Shown piece after piece: positions 9,156-18,252 of a DNA stretch of 64,000 bases. Position 1 is the stretch's first letter; every line of letters begins with the position of its first letter. The translations under genes were made by a program, and so were the position numbers. Source of the stretch: Candidatus Bathyarchaeota archaeon (lineage in GTDB: Archaea > Thermoproteota > Bathyarchaeia > Bathyarchaeales > Bathycorpusculaceae); assembly GCA_963775465.1 (NCBI GenBank), contig CAVZIW010000008.1, positions 32,001 through 96,000 of the forward strand, given 5' to 3'. Under the pieces are notes generated by a model that was not told the DNA's origin, ran no database searches, and was given only the letters and a program-made list of their open reading frames with translations.

Positions 9156-9818
9156 ATGAACGATAAAAAGAAATGGTCAGTAGCGATAATTGCCACATTT
9201 ATAGTTGCAACTGTAATTGCTAGTTTTGGAATTATGGATATGCAACAAAAAAATTCACTCGTGCCGATTCGGGTCGCATGTGTTGGTGATAGTCTTACTG
9301 AAGGGACTGAATATCCTAATGACCTTTGGATGTTGTTGGGTTCAAATTATTCAGTTGGGAATTTTGGCAAAGGGGGCACAATGGTTTTTCTGAAATCTCC
9401 TAATAGCTATTTGAATGAGACTGTTTTTGAAGATGCTAAAGCCTTTCAGCCAAACATCATAGTCATCATGCTGGGAACTAACGATGCTTTGCCGGGTCTA
9501 AACGAATCCATTGATGAATTCGTACAGGACTATGAGGTGCTCATCTGCGAGTTTCAAGCTCTTGCCAGCAAGCCTCAAGTGTGGATTGTAAAACCGCCTC
9601 CAATTTTCAATAATGGAACAGGGTTAAGCACTCTGTTTTTTGAGGAAAATGTCTTGCCAGGTATCGAGAAGGTTGCTAACGAAACATCACTTCCCTTGAT
9701 TGATGTTTATTCCCGATTGATTAATCATCCAGATTACTTTGTCGATGGAGTTCATCCATACAAGAGAGGCGCGCAAATCATCGCAGACCAAGTATACAAG
9801 TCTCTTATTTTGAAGTAA
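9156..9818 (+). CDS. Membrane-anchored SGNH/GDSL hydrolase, copy 2
   Basis: N-terminal TM; GDSLT, LGTND, DGVHP. Confidence 0.9.
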   Translation: MNDKKKWSVAIIATFIVATVIASFGIMDMQQKNSLVPIRVACVGDSLTEGTEYPNDLWMLLGSNYSVGNFGKGGTMVFLKSPNSYLNETVFEDAKAFQPNIIVIMLGTNDALPGLNESIDEFVQDYEVLICEFQALASKPQVWIVKPPPIFNNGTGLSTLFFEENVLPGIEKVANETSLPLIDVYSRLINHPDYFVDGVHPYKRGAQIIADQVYKSLILK

Positions 9819-9903
9819 ACGTCGAACAAGTTTTCGCTTTTCAACCGTAAAGCACAATTATTAGAACGCCATTTTACTCGGAAAATAAAATTGGTACCGC
9901 AGT

Positions 9904-10611
9904 ATGAAGGCTAACACAAAACAGTCGATTGCTTTGGCGTTGCTAATCTTGATACTATTGTTTGCTACTGTAACTTTTTTTGTTGTAGCTGCTATGAATC
10001 AAACCAAGCAAATTCGGGTTGCATGTGTTGGTGATAGTATAACTGAAGGAAGCGGGTATCCGTATGAACTTCAGTTAATGTTGGGTTCAAATTATGTTGT
10101 GGGAAATTTTGGAGTAAGTGGGTCCACAGTATCGCAAAATTCCATTCGACCCTACATGAATCAGCCCGCTTTTCAGCAAGCCAAGAATTTTAACCCCGAT
10201 ATCATCGTAATTATGCTAGGAACAAATGATGCTAACCCAGAAATTACTCAAGACGAGGATACATTTGATGCGGATTATTTGGAGCTAATCAATTCTTTTC
10301 AGCAGCTCGACGGTCGACAACTAATCTGGGTCATAAAGTCGCCGCCAATTTTTAGTACGACTTCAAGTTGGAACAATACGTACCTTACAAGTACCGTAAT
10401 TCCTCGGATAGATAGTTTGGCCAATCAAATGAACCTGCCAATTATCGACATGTATGAGACTTTTGGTGATCACGCAGATTTTTTTGCTGATGGAATTCAT
10501 CCCAATCATGCTGGAGCTTTATTGATCGCTTTCACGGTCTTTAATACTATAACAATGCCTGACGGTTCTCCTGATTGTTCTTATTTTGATATGGAAAACT
10601 TTGACTTTTAG
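9904..10611 (+). CDS. Membrane-anchored SGNH/GDSL hydrolase, copy 3
   Basis: N-terminal TM; GDSIT, LGTND, DGIHP. Confidence 0.9.
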   Translation: MKANTKQSIALALLILILLFATVTFFVVAAMNQTKQIRVACVGDSITEGSGYPYELQLMLGSNYVVGNFGVSGSTVSQNSIRPYMNQPAFQQAKNFNPDIIVIMLGTNDANPEITQDEDTFDADYLELINSFQQLDGRQLIWVIKSPPIFSTTSSWNNTYLTSTVIPRIDSLANQMNLPIIDMYETFGDHADFFADGIHPNHAGALLIAFTVFNTITMPDGSPDCSYFDMENFDF

Positions 10612-10693
10612 TTAGCCCTTTTTGATAATCTGTAGATTAGCCGTTTTATGCAAACTATTAATAGTAAATGCAATAGAAAGAGAATAGGTGTTA

Positions 10694-11782
10694 ATGGAGC
10701 AGAAAGCGTATCCCGATGAGGGCATCGCTCTTCCCGTTGACCTCATCCGCACAGTAGCCATCATTTTAGTTATTTTGCTCCATGCATCAATTGAACCCAA
10801 CCTCAATCTTAGCCAAATGTCGGCAGAAGGAGTTCAACTCTGGTGGGCATCCAACGTTTACGATTCCATTTCACGCACATCGGTTCCATTATTTGTGATG
10901 CTAACTGGGGCTCTTTTGCTTCAACCATTCAAGACTAATGAGCCTTTGCGGGTTTTCTTTAAGAAACGTTGGAACCGAATTGGCATACCTGTTCTGTTTT
11001 GGGGCGCGATATTTTTTATCTATGATTTTTCTGTAAAGGGACAAACATTAACTTTAACGTCTGTTTTGCAAGGGTTGCTTGCTGGACCGTATGTGCATTT
11101 TTGGTACTTGTATCTTTTAGTCGGTTTATATCTTATAACACCACTTGTGCGAATTTTAGTTGCTTATTCAGATTGGCGGCTCATAAAATATTTCTTGATC
11201 ATTTGGTTTGTGGGGACCGGAATTGTTTCTTTGCTTACTCTAAATGCATCAATCAGTCCTCAGGCAGTGTGGTTTGGAGACAACGTCTTTATTTTAACGG
11301 GGATAATTGGATATTTTGTTTTTGGTGCTTACGTGACCCGGCTGCGTGTCCGTCCATTACTTCTTTATTTGGGTTTAATTTCTAGTTCAATCTTTACGAT
11401 TTTTGGGACCTATTTTGTTATTCGCATACTAGGTGAAGCATATAGCCAGTTTTTCCTTACCGCTATTAGTTTTAACGTTATAATTGCTTCTATAACTTTG
11501 TTCTTAATTTTGGCAACTGTCCAAAACCGGACAATTGAAACGAAAATCCCTCGTGGAAACATTGTGCTTAGAGTAATAAGCGAAAATACACTTCCAATAT
11601 ATCTATTCCACATAATTGTGCTTGAAACGCTTCAGAGAGGCATTTTTGGCTTTAAACTAAGTGTAACAACGATAAATCCAGTAATAGAAATTCCATTGGT
11701 AACGGTCGTGACTTTGTTAATCTGCCTTGCTATTATCGTTCCATTGAAGAAGCTGCCTTATGTTAAGAGAATAATAGGGTAG
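10694..11782 (+). CDS. Acyltransferase-3 family membrane O-acyltransferase, copy 2
   Basis: DLIRTVAIILVILLHA, VPLFVMLTG, HFWYLY; clear paralog of 8017-9129. Confidence 0.88.
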   Translation: MEQKAYPDEGIALPVDLIRTVAIILVILLHASIEPNLNLSQMSAEGVQLWWASNVYDSISRTSVPLFVMLTGALLLQPFKTNEPLRVFFKKRWNRIGIPVLFWGAIFFIYDFSVKGQTLTLTSVLQGLLAGPYVHFWYLYLLVGLYLITPLVRILVAYSDWRLIKYFLIIWFVGTGIVSLLTLNASISPQAVWFGDNVFILTGIIGYFVFGAYVTRLRVRPLLLYLGLISSSIFTIFGTYFVIRILGEAYSQFFLTAISFNVIIASITLFLILATVQNRTIETKIPRGNIVLRVISENTLPIYLFHIIVLETLQRGIFGFKLSVTTINPVIEIPLVTVVTLLICLAIIVPLKKLPYVKRIIG

Positions 11783-11859
11783 CTGTAGTTAACCTTTTTA
11801 GGTTAGCCTCAAAAACAAGTCTTATGTACTTGGGTGAGTCATAGAGGAAGCGATGCAAA

Positions 11860-12231
11860 ATGCAAAACGATGCGGAAGGAAAAATTAAGCAAGATCTTCT
11901 CTTTGAGATACAAAATCTAGAACAAAATTATGGAGTTATCAAAGGTTTTGTTGCAGGAGCAGAGTACGATGTTGTAGTTTTAGGTACTAGTTTACAGACT
12001 TTTAAGGACAGTTTGAGTCGAGCAAGTGCATTTGTGCTTGCATTATACAATTTGAAGGGTAAACGGGTAAATATTCCGTGGGAGTCACTTTTCACAAGTT
12101 TAGATTATGCATTGGCAACATTGTCAACGGCGCCAAAGAAGGCTGCTGTTCAAGCTATATTGGCGATGGCTGATCCTCAAATGGAACAGGTGCTTTCATA
12201 TTTTGCTGCGTTAAAAGAATCTTTGAAATAG
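11860..12231 (+). CDS. Hypothetical helical protein
   Basis: 123-aa ORF with GAGG SD. Confidence 0.7.
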   Translation: MQNDAEGKIKQDLLFEIQNLEQNYGVIKGFVAGAEYDVVVLGTSLQTFKDSLSRASAFVLALYNLKGKRVNIPWESLFTSLDYALATLSTAPKKAAVQAILAMADPQMEQVLSYFAALKESLK

Positions 12232-12331
12232 AAATCTCGGCTGAGCTTTCAGCTTCAACATTTTGGAGAAGATGGTTTTCATAATTCAAAGTTCAATGGA
12301 AAGTTTTTATTTAATAATGAGCAGTTAATTT

Positions 12332-13123
12332 TTGATGTTTTTTGTGAGCAAAATGAGTTTCAGTTTGTTACGTTTAGGTAACGTTGCTGCTTTTTTGATA
12401 ACGCTTGTCATTAATGGTTTAGCAGGAACTGCAATTCTAAACAACAGAACAACTGTGCAGGTGTCAGATTTGTATTCAAATCCTTTTACTCCCGCTGGGT
12501 ACGTTTTCGCTATATGGGGAATAATCTATGCTTTGCTTGCAGTTTTTATTATTTTTCAGGCTTTGCCTATAAAAAAAGAAGGTTTGTTCCAAAAGCAAAT
12601 TGGAGTTCTTTTCATCTTGAGTTGTGTTTTCAACTGTGTTTGGCTTTTTCTTTGGCAATATGATTACATAACCTTTTCAGTTGTGGCAATGTTTGGGCTC
12701 TTTTTGTCTCTATTGGCTATTTACTGGCGTTTAGCTATTGGGAAATCCAATGCTTCTCGAACTGAAAAAATATGTGTTCATTTGCCTTTTAGCGTATACA
12801 TTGGTTGGATAACTGTTGCGTCAATAGCTAATGTTGCTGCTGCTTTGGTTTCAGTGGGATGGGATGGATTTGGTTTAGGCGTTGAAGCATGGGCTATAAT
12901 AGCGATGGGTGTTGCGTTAATCTCAACTTTAATAGTTATCATTGCTCGAAGAGACTATGCCTTTAGTTTGGTCGTTATTTGGGCATTTGTGGGAATAGCA
13001 GTTAGACAAATCTCAAATCCAACTATAGTTTTAATTGCTGAAGAAGCCGTTGCTTTGATTCTGGTTGTGGCTGGACTTTCGCTTGTTGCGTCGATATTGA
13101 AACGTAGAGCCCTTAGGTCTTGA
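12332..13123 (+). CDS. Tryptophan-rich sensory protein (TspO/MBR-related) membrane protein
   Basis: FTPAGYVFAIWGIIY, N..WLFLW, PFSVYIGWITVA..AN; multiple TM segments. Confidence 0.8.
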   Translation: MMFFVSKMSFSLLRLGNVAAFLITLVINGLAGTAILNNRTTVQVSDLYSNPFTPAGYVFAIWGIIYALLAVFIIFQALPIKKEGLFQKQIGVLFILSCVFNCVWLFLWQYDYITFSVVAMFGLFLSLLAIYWRLAIGKSNASRTEKICVHLPFSVYIGWITVASIANVAAALVSVGWDGFGLGVEAWAIIAMGVALISTLIVIIARRDYAFSLVVIWAFVGIAVRQISNPTIVLIAEEAVALILVVAGLSLVASILKRRALRS

Positions 13124-13177
13124 AAACACTTGATGCTAGAGTTAAGTATAACCCAAGCAAACATTTCTTGACTGAAT

Positions 13178-13531
13178 ATGGCTTATGTGCGTGACGAAAA
13201 AGAAAAATTTGAAATAGATTACCCGTTAGAAGTGATTTGGCAAGCAATCCCTGATGTTATTAAGACTTTAGATTGGGCGATTGAAGAGAAAGATGAAGTG
13301 GAGCATAGAGTCAAAATTAAGACCCAAAGGGGGTTTTTAGCTTACAGCACTATTATCCATTTAGACGTAAAGTCAGTAGATCAGAATAGGACGGTTATGT
13401 CCATAAACGGCGAAACGCCAGTAACCACTATAACCTCGATTCTGGATTTTGGTAGAACTCGTGATCGCATTGGGTTGTTTATTGGGGCTTTAGCTAAGAA
13501 AATGGAAGAGGAAAAAAAGGGAAATAAGTAG
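13178..13531 (+). CDS. Hypothetical protein
   Basis: 117-aa ORF, ATG start, globular composition. Confidence 0.7.
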   Translation: MAYVRDEKEKFEIDYPLEVIWQAIPDVIKTLDWAIEEKDEVEHRVKIKTQRGFLAYSTIIHLDVKSVDQNRTVMSINGETPVTTITSILDFGRTRDRIGLFIGALAKKMEEEKKGNK

Positions 13532-13675
13532 TTTTTACACAACATCAGTCTTAATTATTCAGCGTGAACTTGAGTTTTAGAAAATGTTAATTTTGTCATA
13601 TGAGCGTTAGCTGCTTAAGCATGCAAAAGAAGAGAAGGCTCTTTGGTATCTCAAATTAATACATAGGGGAAGCAT

Positions 13676-14089
13676 ATGAATAGTAAACCGCCAGTGCTGG
13701 TTAAGGATAGAATATTAGGTCTCATAATTTTAATTGCTGCCCAATTGCTCATCGGCGGTATCCATGTTTTCTTTGGTTTATTGCTTCTGTTATCTGAAAA
13801 CTTATCTTTTCTGTCTTCTTCAGTTGTCTATGATGTTTATACTTTCTTTTTTGGATTGCTGAGTTTAGTTTTTGCAGTTTTTCTTTGGAGAGGCGAAAAA
13901 GTGGGTTGGGTTGGCACAGTTGGGATTTCTTTTTTTGTAATTGTTGCTGATTCTCTTACGCTTTTGGATATGCCGAGCATTCCTGGGATTCCAAAGCTTC
14001 CATCCTATGCAGAGATTGCTTACAGCGTTTTAGTTGTTAGTTACTTGTCTTTGAGGCATCTGAGAAAGAGTTTCTTTAAGGAAAATTAG
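13676..14089 (+). CDS. Hypothetical 4-TM membrane protein
   Basis: Four hydrophobic segments; GGGGA SD. Confidence 0.7.
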   Translation: MNSKPPVLVKDRILGLIILIAAQLLIGGIHVFFGLLLLLSENLSFLSSSVVYDVYTFFFGLLSLVFAVFLWRGEKVGWVGTVGISFFVIVADSLTLLDMPSIPGIPKLPSYAEIAYSVLVVSYLSLRHLRKSFFKEN

Positions 14090-14753
14090 GTGGAATTGAA
14101 GCGTTATTTGGATAACCTTGCTTTTCCCATGTTCCAAGGTAATCTGGGTTGTCGGATAATTCGATTTTTGTTGGCCATTTTATCCATTTGTAGCCGAATT
14201 GGCTTTCCGCAACAAGTTGGAAGGGGAAACCTCTTTCGGGTGGAAGCGTTATTCCGTTCATCTTGTAGGCCATGATTATGTTTTTGCTTGTCAGGTAATC
14301 GAGCGGGAGAGAGGTTGAGTAGCCATCGCTGGCGTAAAAGATTGCCGCAACTGCATTGGAGTTAACTCCTACTTCATTTAATAGGTCGCTTACAAGGAAC
14401 CCTTCCCAGAGGATTTTTGCAGACCACCCTTGAACGCAGTGGAGAGTCACGACTTTTTGATAGCTCTGAAAACCATCAAGCACTTCATTATAAGATAATT
14501 CTAATGTTTTGTTCACTAATCCAGTGACTTCCAACCGATAGGTTGAGATATTGAAGTGTTGGGTTCCTCTGATTGCGTTGTTAACAACGTCGTTGATTAA
14601 TGACAAGTTTTGGCCTTGATAGTCGGTGACTTCCCCTGGATAGAGCATTTTGGGTTGGTTCTGATAGTAGTTAACTCCCACGAAGAACAGGGCTAAAAAT
14701 GCAAAGGCGAAGAAAACTGCAATCCATTGTCGAAAACGCTTAATCTTTTCCAT
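14076..14753 (-). CDS. Molybdopterin-dependent oxidoreductase (sulfite oxidase/MsrP-like), membrane anchored
   Basis: YRLEVTGLV, TLHCVQGWS, DGYSTSLPL, LPPERGFPFQLV, GYKWIKW. Confidence 0.88.
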   Translation of the reverse strand: MEKIKRFRQWIAVFFAFAFLALFFVGVNYYQNQPKMLYPGEVTDYQGQNLSLINDVVNNAIRGTQHFNISTYRLEVTGLVNKTLELSYNEVLDGFQSYQKVVTLHCVQGWSAKILWEGFLVSDLLNEVGVNSNAVAAIFYASDGYSTSLPLDYLTSKNIIMAYKMNGITLPPERGFPFQLVAESQFGYKWIKWPTKIELSDNPDYLGTWEKQGYPNNASIPPNFP

Positions 14754-14874
14754 AAAAGCTTCAATTATAAAAACGGGAAGACAAGGGTTTAAACATACCT
14801 GAAAGATGTTTCGGAAGAAATCTTTCTGTTAGAGAGCAGTTTCCGTTTTTGTAGGCAGAACTTTTTAGTATGCG

Positions 14875-15096
14875 CTATTTTGCTGTTGTTCGTTTCATCC
14901 AATCATGAGCAAAGATCTCTGATTTGCCGTTTTCGATTCCTTCAACTTTGCGTTGGGCGATGTTTTCGGATATATCTGCTTTTGCCCATACTTCTTGTGC
15001 TTCTGAGTTTTCCTCCCATTGTTGGGTTGAAGCGTCTTTGATCGTGTTTTTTTCAAAGTCAGTTAGAGTAATGTTAGGGTAGCGCGCGCGTCCCAA
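14875..15096 (-). CDS. Small hypothetical protein
   Basis: TTG start 2 nt after the toprim gene stop; probably co-transcribed. Confidence 0.5.
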   Translation of the reverse strand: MGRARYPNITLTDFEKNTIKDASTQQWEENSEAQEVWAKADISENIAQRKVEGIENGKSEIFAHDWMKRTTAK

Positions 15097-15098
15097 AA

Positions 15099-15515
15099 TT
15101 AAAGTGCTTGAGCTTTTTCGCGGAGGGTTTGAAGATAGTTGGGTAAGCTCTCAATGAACTGATTTTCATGTCCAGTTAACCCACGCAGGTCCTTCCAGAA
15201 CCGTAAGTTAACCTTGATTTTTAATCGTTCCAAATCACATTTTAAGCGTTTTGTGCCTTCTCTGCCGCGTCTATCAAAATCTAACAATAGTATAATCTGG
15301 GGGCTGTGGAGCTTTTCTATTTCTGTTGTTGCTTCAAGAAAGCTTTTGCCACCTGTTTTCACGGTTAAAACTTTTCCTCTAACGCCTAAGTCTATTAGGG
15401 CTTGGGCGTCTTTTTTGCCTTCAACAACAATGGGCTTGTTTTTCGCTGTTTCTTCGGCGAGTTTAGCTATGATTTGTTCGATTTTTTCAACTTTCTCTTT
15501 AAGATGAGTTGACAA
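15099..15515 (-). CDS. Small TOPRIM-domain protein
   Basis: IVVEGKKD and LLDFDRRG motifs. Confidence 0.88.
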   Translation of the reverse strand: MSTHLKEKVEKIEQIIAKLAEETAKNKPIVVEGKKDAQALIDLGVRGKVLTVKTGGKSFLEATTEIEKLHSPQIILLLDFDRRGREGTKRLKCDLERLKIKVNLRFWKDLRGLTGHENQFIESLPNYLQTLREKAQAL

Positions 15516-15519
15516 TATT

Positions 15520-16608
15520 CTACCTTGTAATTTTTGCTTTTCGAACCGTCTCTAGGCATTCTTTGGCTTGCTCGTTGTTTTCGAAGTAGCGTCTAACTGG
15601 TTCTAGGATTTCTGCGAGTTCTGAAGCGACACCATTTTTAAGATCCATTGGATGTAGTTTGCCTTCGGTGAATGCGTTTTCAAGTTCTTGGATGTTCTGA
15701 AATTCTATGTTTCCGCCGAATTTTGTTGGGCGCTCGATTTTAAAGACTGATTTTTCTCGGAATATTATATATCGGCAGATGTCGATGATGGGGTTGAATT
15801 TGATGGTTCGTTCTGGGCAGAAGGCTTTTCCCATTTTTTGTTTGATCTCTTGGGGGGAGTCGTAGATGAATATGCATGTGTCAGGTTTGCTTTTTGACAT
15901 TTTGGCTGATGCCACTGCTTCTTTTTCTTGTCCTTCGGGGATTGGCCAGACTTTTGGTTTCTCTAAGCCTTGAAGTAGATGGTGGTGGACGCATACGGGT
16001 TTCCAGCAGCCGATTTTTTCGCCGATTTCCCTGCCGACCATGTTGGCTTTTCGTTGGTCCATGCCTAGCTGGCAGATTTTGACTTTCATGTGGAATATGT
16101 CGGCAACTTGCATTGGCGTGTAGAGGTAGTCGCTTACGTAGTGGGCTTCGCCTTCTTTTCTACCTGCGATTTCAAGTGTTCGGGTTGTTCGGGCCAGAGT
16201 TAGGTTTTTGGCGATTATGACGGTTTTTGCCCAGTAGTCTATGTCTTTGTATAGCTCGTCTGAGTAAATGAATTCTATTTTGTCTTCTGGGACTCCGAGT
16301 GCTATCCATGAGTGGCGAAATAGGTCAGCGGCTTTTCGAATAAGTTCGAGGTCGCCGCCTAATTTGTTGTTTAACCAAGCGTGCCATGTGGCGAGGAAAG
16401 CCTTGAAGTGTAGGCCTGCTTCTGCGAAGTCTTTCATTTTGTAGGCGCAGATTACTCCTGTTCCTAGGTGGGCAAGTCCTGAGGGTTCCCAGCCGTTGTA
16501 GGCGATGGGATGTTCTTCGTTTTCTAAGAGTTGGCGCAGGTCATCTGGGGTTACGACTTCTTCGGTTGGGGGTCTGCAGATTAATTCGATTTTCTTTTCT
16601 ATGTCCAA
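15520..16608 (-). CDS. tyrS: Tyrosine--tRNA ligase (archaeal type)
   Basis: YNGWEPSG.AHLG, YTPMQVADIF, GMDQRK, KMSKS, AFCP, LHPMDLK. Confidence 0.95.
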   Translation of the reverse strand: MDIEKKIELICRPPTEEVVTPDDLRQLLENEEHPIAYNGWEPSGLAHLGTGVICAYKMKDFAEAGLHFKAFLATWHAWLNNKLGGDLELIRKAADLFRHSWIALGVPEDKIEFIYSDELYKDIDYWAKTVIIAKNLTLARTTRTLEIAGRKEGEAHYVSDYLYTPMQVADIFHMKVKICQLGMDQRKANMVGREIGEKIGCWKPVCVHHHLLQGLEKPKVWPIPEGQEKEAVASAKMSKSKPDTCIFIYDSPQEIKQKMGKAFCPERTIKFNPIIDICRYIIFREKSVFKIERPTKFGGNIEFQNIQELENAFTEGKLHPMDLKNGVASELAEILEPVRRYFENNEQAKECLETVRKAKITR

Positions 16609-16780
16609 GTGGATCAGCTCTTGTAGTTGTTAGCTGTAATTGTTTTGTTGAACTTATAATTTTAGTGTGGGTTTCTATCTTGGAAGGTTAGCAGCCTCTT
16701 TTTGCTTTTTTTCTTTAATGCCGCTTGAAATCTTCAAGAAGAATAACAACATTTAACCAACACCACACGCCTCTTTTAGT

Positions 16781-16988
16781 TGTCTCACCGAAATTGAGCA
16801 CCCATAACGACGGACTCAACAGAGGAACGTAAGAAACACAAATCTTGCACCAATGACGAGCGAGTTCTACCCAATTATGGAACAGGTGAGACACGGGCGC
16901 AAAAAATTCCCGCGCCGAGAGAGCTTAACCAAGCTAAAAGCGACGCTCAGCTATGAGGTTAAGTGTTTGGTTACGTCGGGAGACAAAC
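16781..16988 (+). ncRNA. Candidate two-hairpin box H/ACA guide RNA
   Basis: Two long hairpins (CTCACC/GGTGAG and TCCCG/CGGGA basal stems), each followed by ACA (16891, 16983); K-turn-like motif in hairpin 2; TTTAA about 29 nt upstream. Confidence 0.55.
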
Positions 16989-17280
16989 AGCCCGGAAGAT
17001 TAGGGATTGAAGGGAAAATCTGGAAAATTTGTTATCTGGTGGAAGAAGAAACTTTAATTTTTCTATATTATGTGGGGGCTATTAAGTTGGCTTTTTATAT
17101 TGGGGTTTGGTGCGTTTGCAGGTTTAGGTTTAACGATTTAGAAAGGTGGGCACGCTTCGGTTTTTCTAGTTGTCGACAAATGCAGGACAAAGGTTGAGAC
17201 AACTCTAATTGTGCAGTATTTATCAAGCCGATATTTTATTAAGCGAAAAATCTTTTTCCATTAAAGAGAGGGGGTAGTTA

Positions 17281-17844
17281 ATGGACATCGGGAAAACGCT
17301 CTTTCTTTCTGATAGAAAAGCTTGGCGTGCATGGCTTTCTGAAAACTTTGATAAAGAAAAAGAAATCTGGTTGATTTACCCCAAAAAAGCCAGCGGAAAA
17401 CCACGTATACCATACAATGATGCTGTTGAAGAAGCCCTATGCTTTGGCTGGATTGATAGCACTGCCAAAAGAATCGACCAGACCTACTATGCCCAACGCT
17501 TCACGCCCAGAAACCCAAAAAGCAAATATTCAGAAGCCAACAAACAACGACTAAGAGAGCTCGTTAAAAAAGGCATGGTAATGCCCTCAGTTAAAGAAAA
17601 ACTTGCAGATATTCTCTCAGAAGAATTCTCCATTCCATCCGATATTTTGGACAAGATTAAAGCCAACAAAAAAGCATGGGAAAACTTTCAACGGTTCTCT
17701 TCTGACTACCAAAGAATCCGAATAGCTTTCATCGAAGGCGCAAGAAACCGACCGGAAGAATTCGAGAAACGACTCGGTTACTTCATTAAGAAGACAGAAA
17801 AAAACAAGCAATTTGGGTTTGGAGGAATCGAAAAATACTATTAA
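17281..17844 (+). CDS. YdeI/OmpD-associated family protein
   Basis: WRAWL..N, YNDAVEEALCFGWIDS, RFTPRNPKS.YS..NK. Confidence 0.88.
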   Translation: MDIGKTLFLSDRKAWRAWLSENFDKEKEIWLIYPKKASGKPRIPYNDAVEEALCFGWIDSTAKRIDQTYYAQRFTPRNPKSKYSEANKQRLRELVKKGMVMPSVKEKLADILSEEFSIPSDILDKIKANKKAWENFQRFSSDYQRIRIAFIEGARNRPEEFEKRLGYFIKKTEKNKQFGFGGIEKYY

Positions 17845-17874
17845 GTTTTACAAAACGGGGAGATTGAATTGCGG

Positions 17875-17951
17875 TGGGGCCGGGGCCGAGATTTGAACTC
17901 GGGCGAAAGGCTCCACAGGCCTCTATGCTGCCAAGCTACATCACCCCGGCC
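17875..17951 (-). tRNA. tRNA-His(GTG) with encoded G-1 and CCA
   Basis: Reverse complement GGCCGGGG...GAGGC-CTGTGGA-GCCTT...GTTCAAATC...CCCCGGCCCCA. Confidence 0.96.
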
Positions 17952-18252
17952 ACTTTTCCTTTCAAAACTTGCACCTCGGCCGTTTTTGCCGAGTTTTAGG
18001 CTTGGCTTCCATATTGTCATTGCAAACACCTTATTTTCGTTTGCGGAATTTTTTCCCTATACTGTTGTAATTGCTTGGGGTATATTCATTGCTAACGTCG
18101 ATTGGGATATATGTTTGTTTAATAGAGAAGGCTATTTGTGTTGTGATTTGTTTTTTTCACAATATGTGACGTGATTTTATTAAAATATTTTGTAATTGCA
18201 AAATTATATATATTAAAAATGATAAAGATGGTAGATTGGTTGGGCAAAAATT

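Noticed and set aside
16781-16990. T-box leader for tyrS, 5S rRNA or hammerhead ribozyme
   Set aside because: No T-box, 5S or CUGAUGA/GAAA core consensus seen on either strand
16853-17197. 114-aa ORF
   Set aside because: Overlaps the structured H/ACA-like RNA; no protein-like features
17841-18174. ORFs 17841-18029 and 17869-18174
   Set aside because: Shadows of tRNA-His
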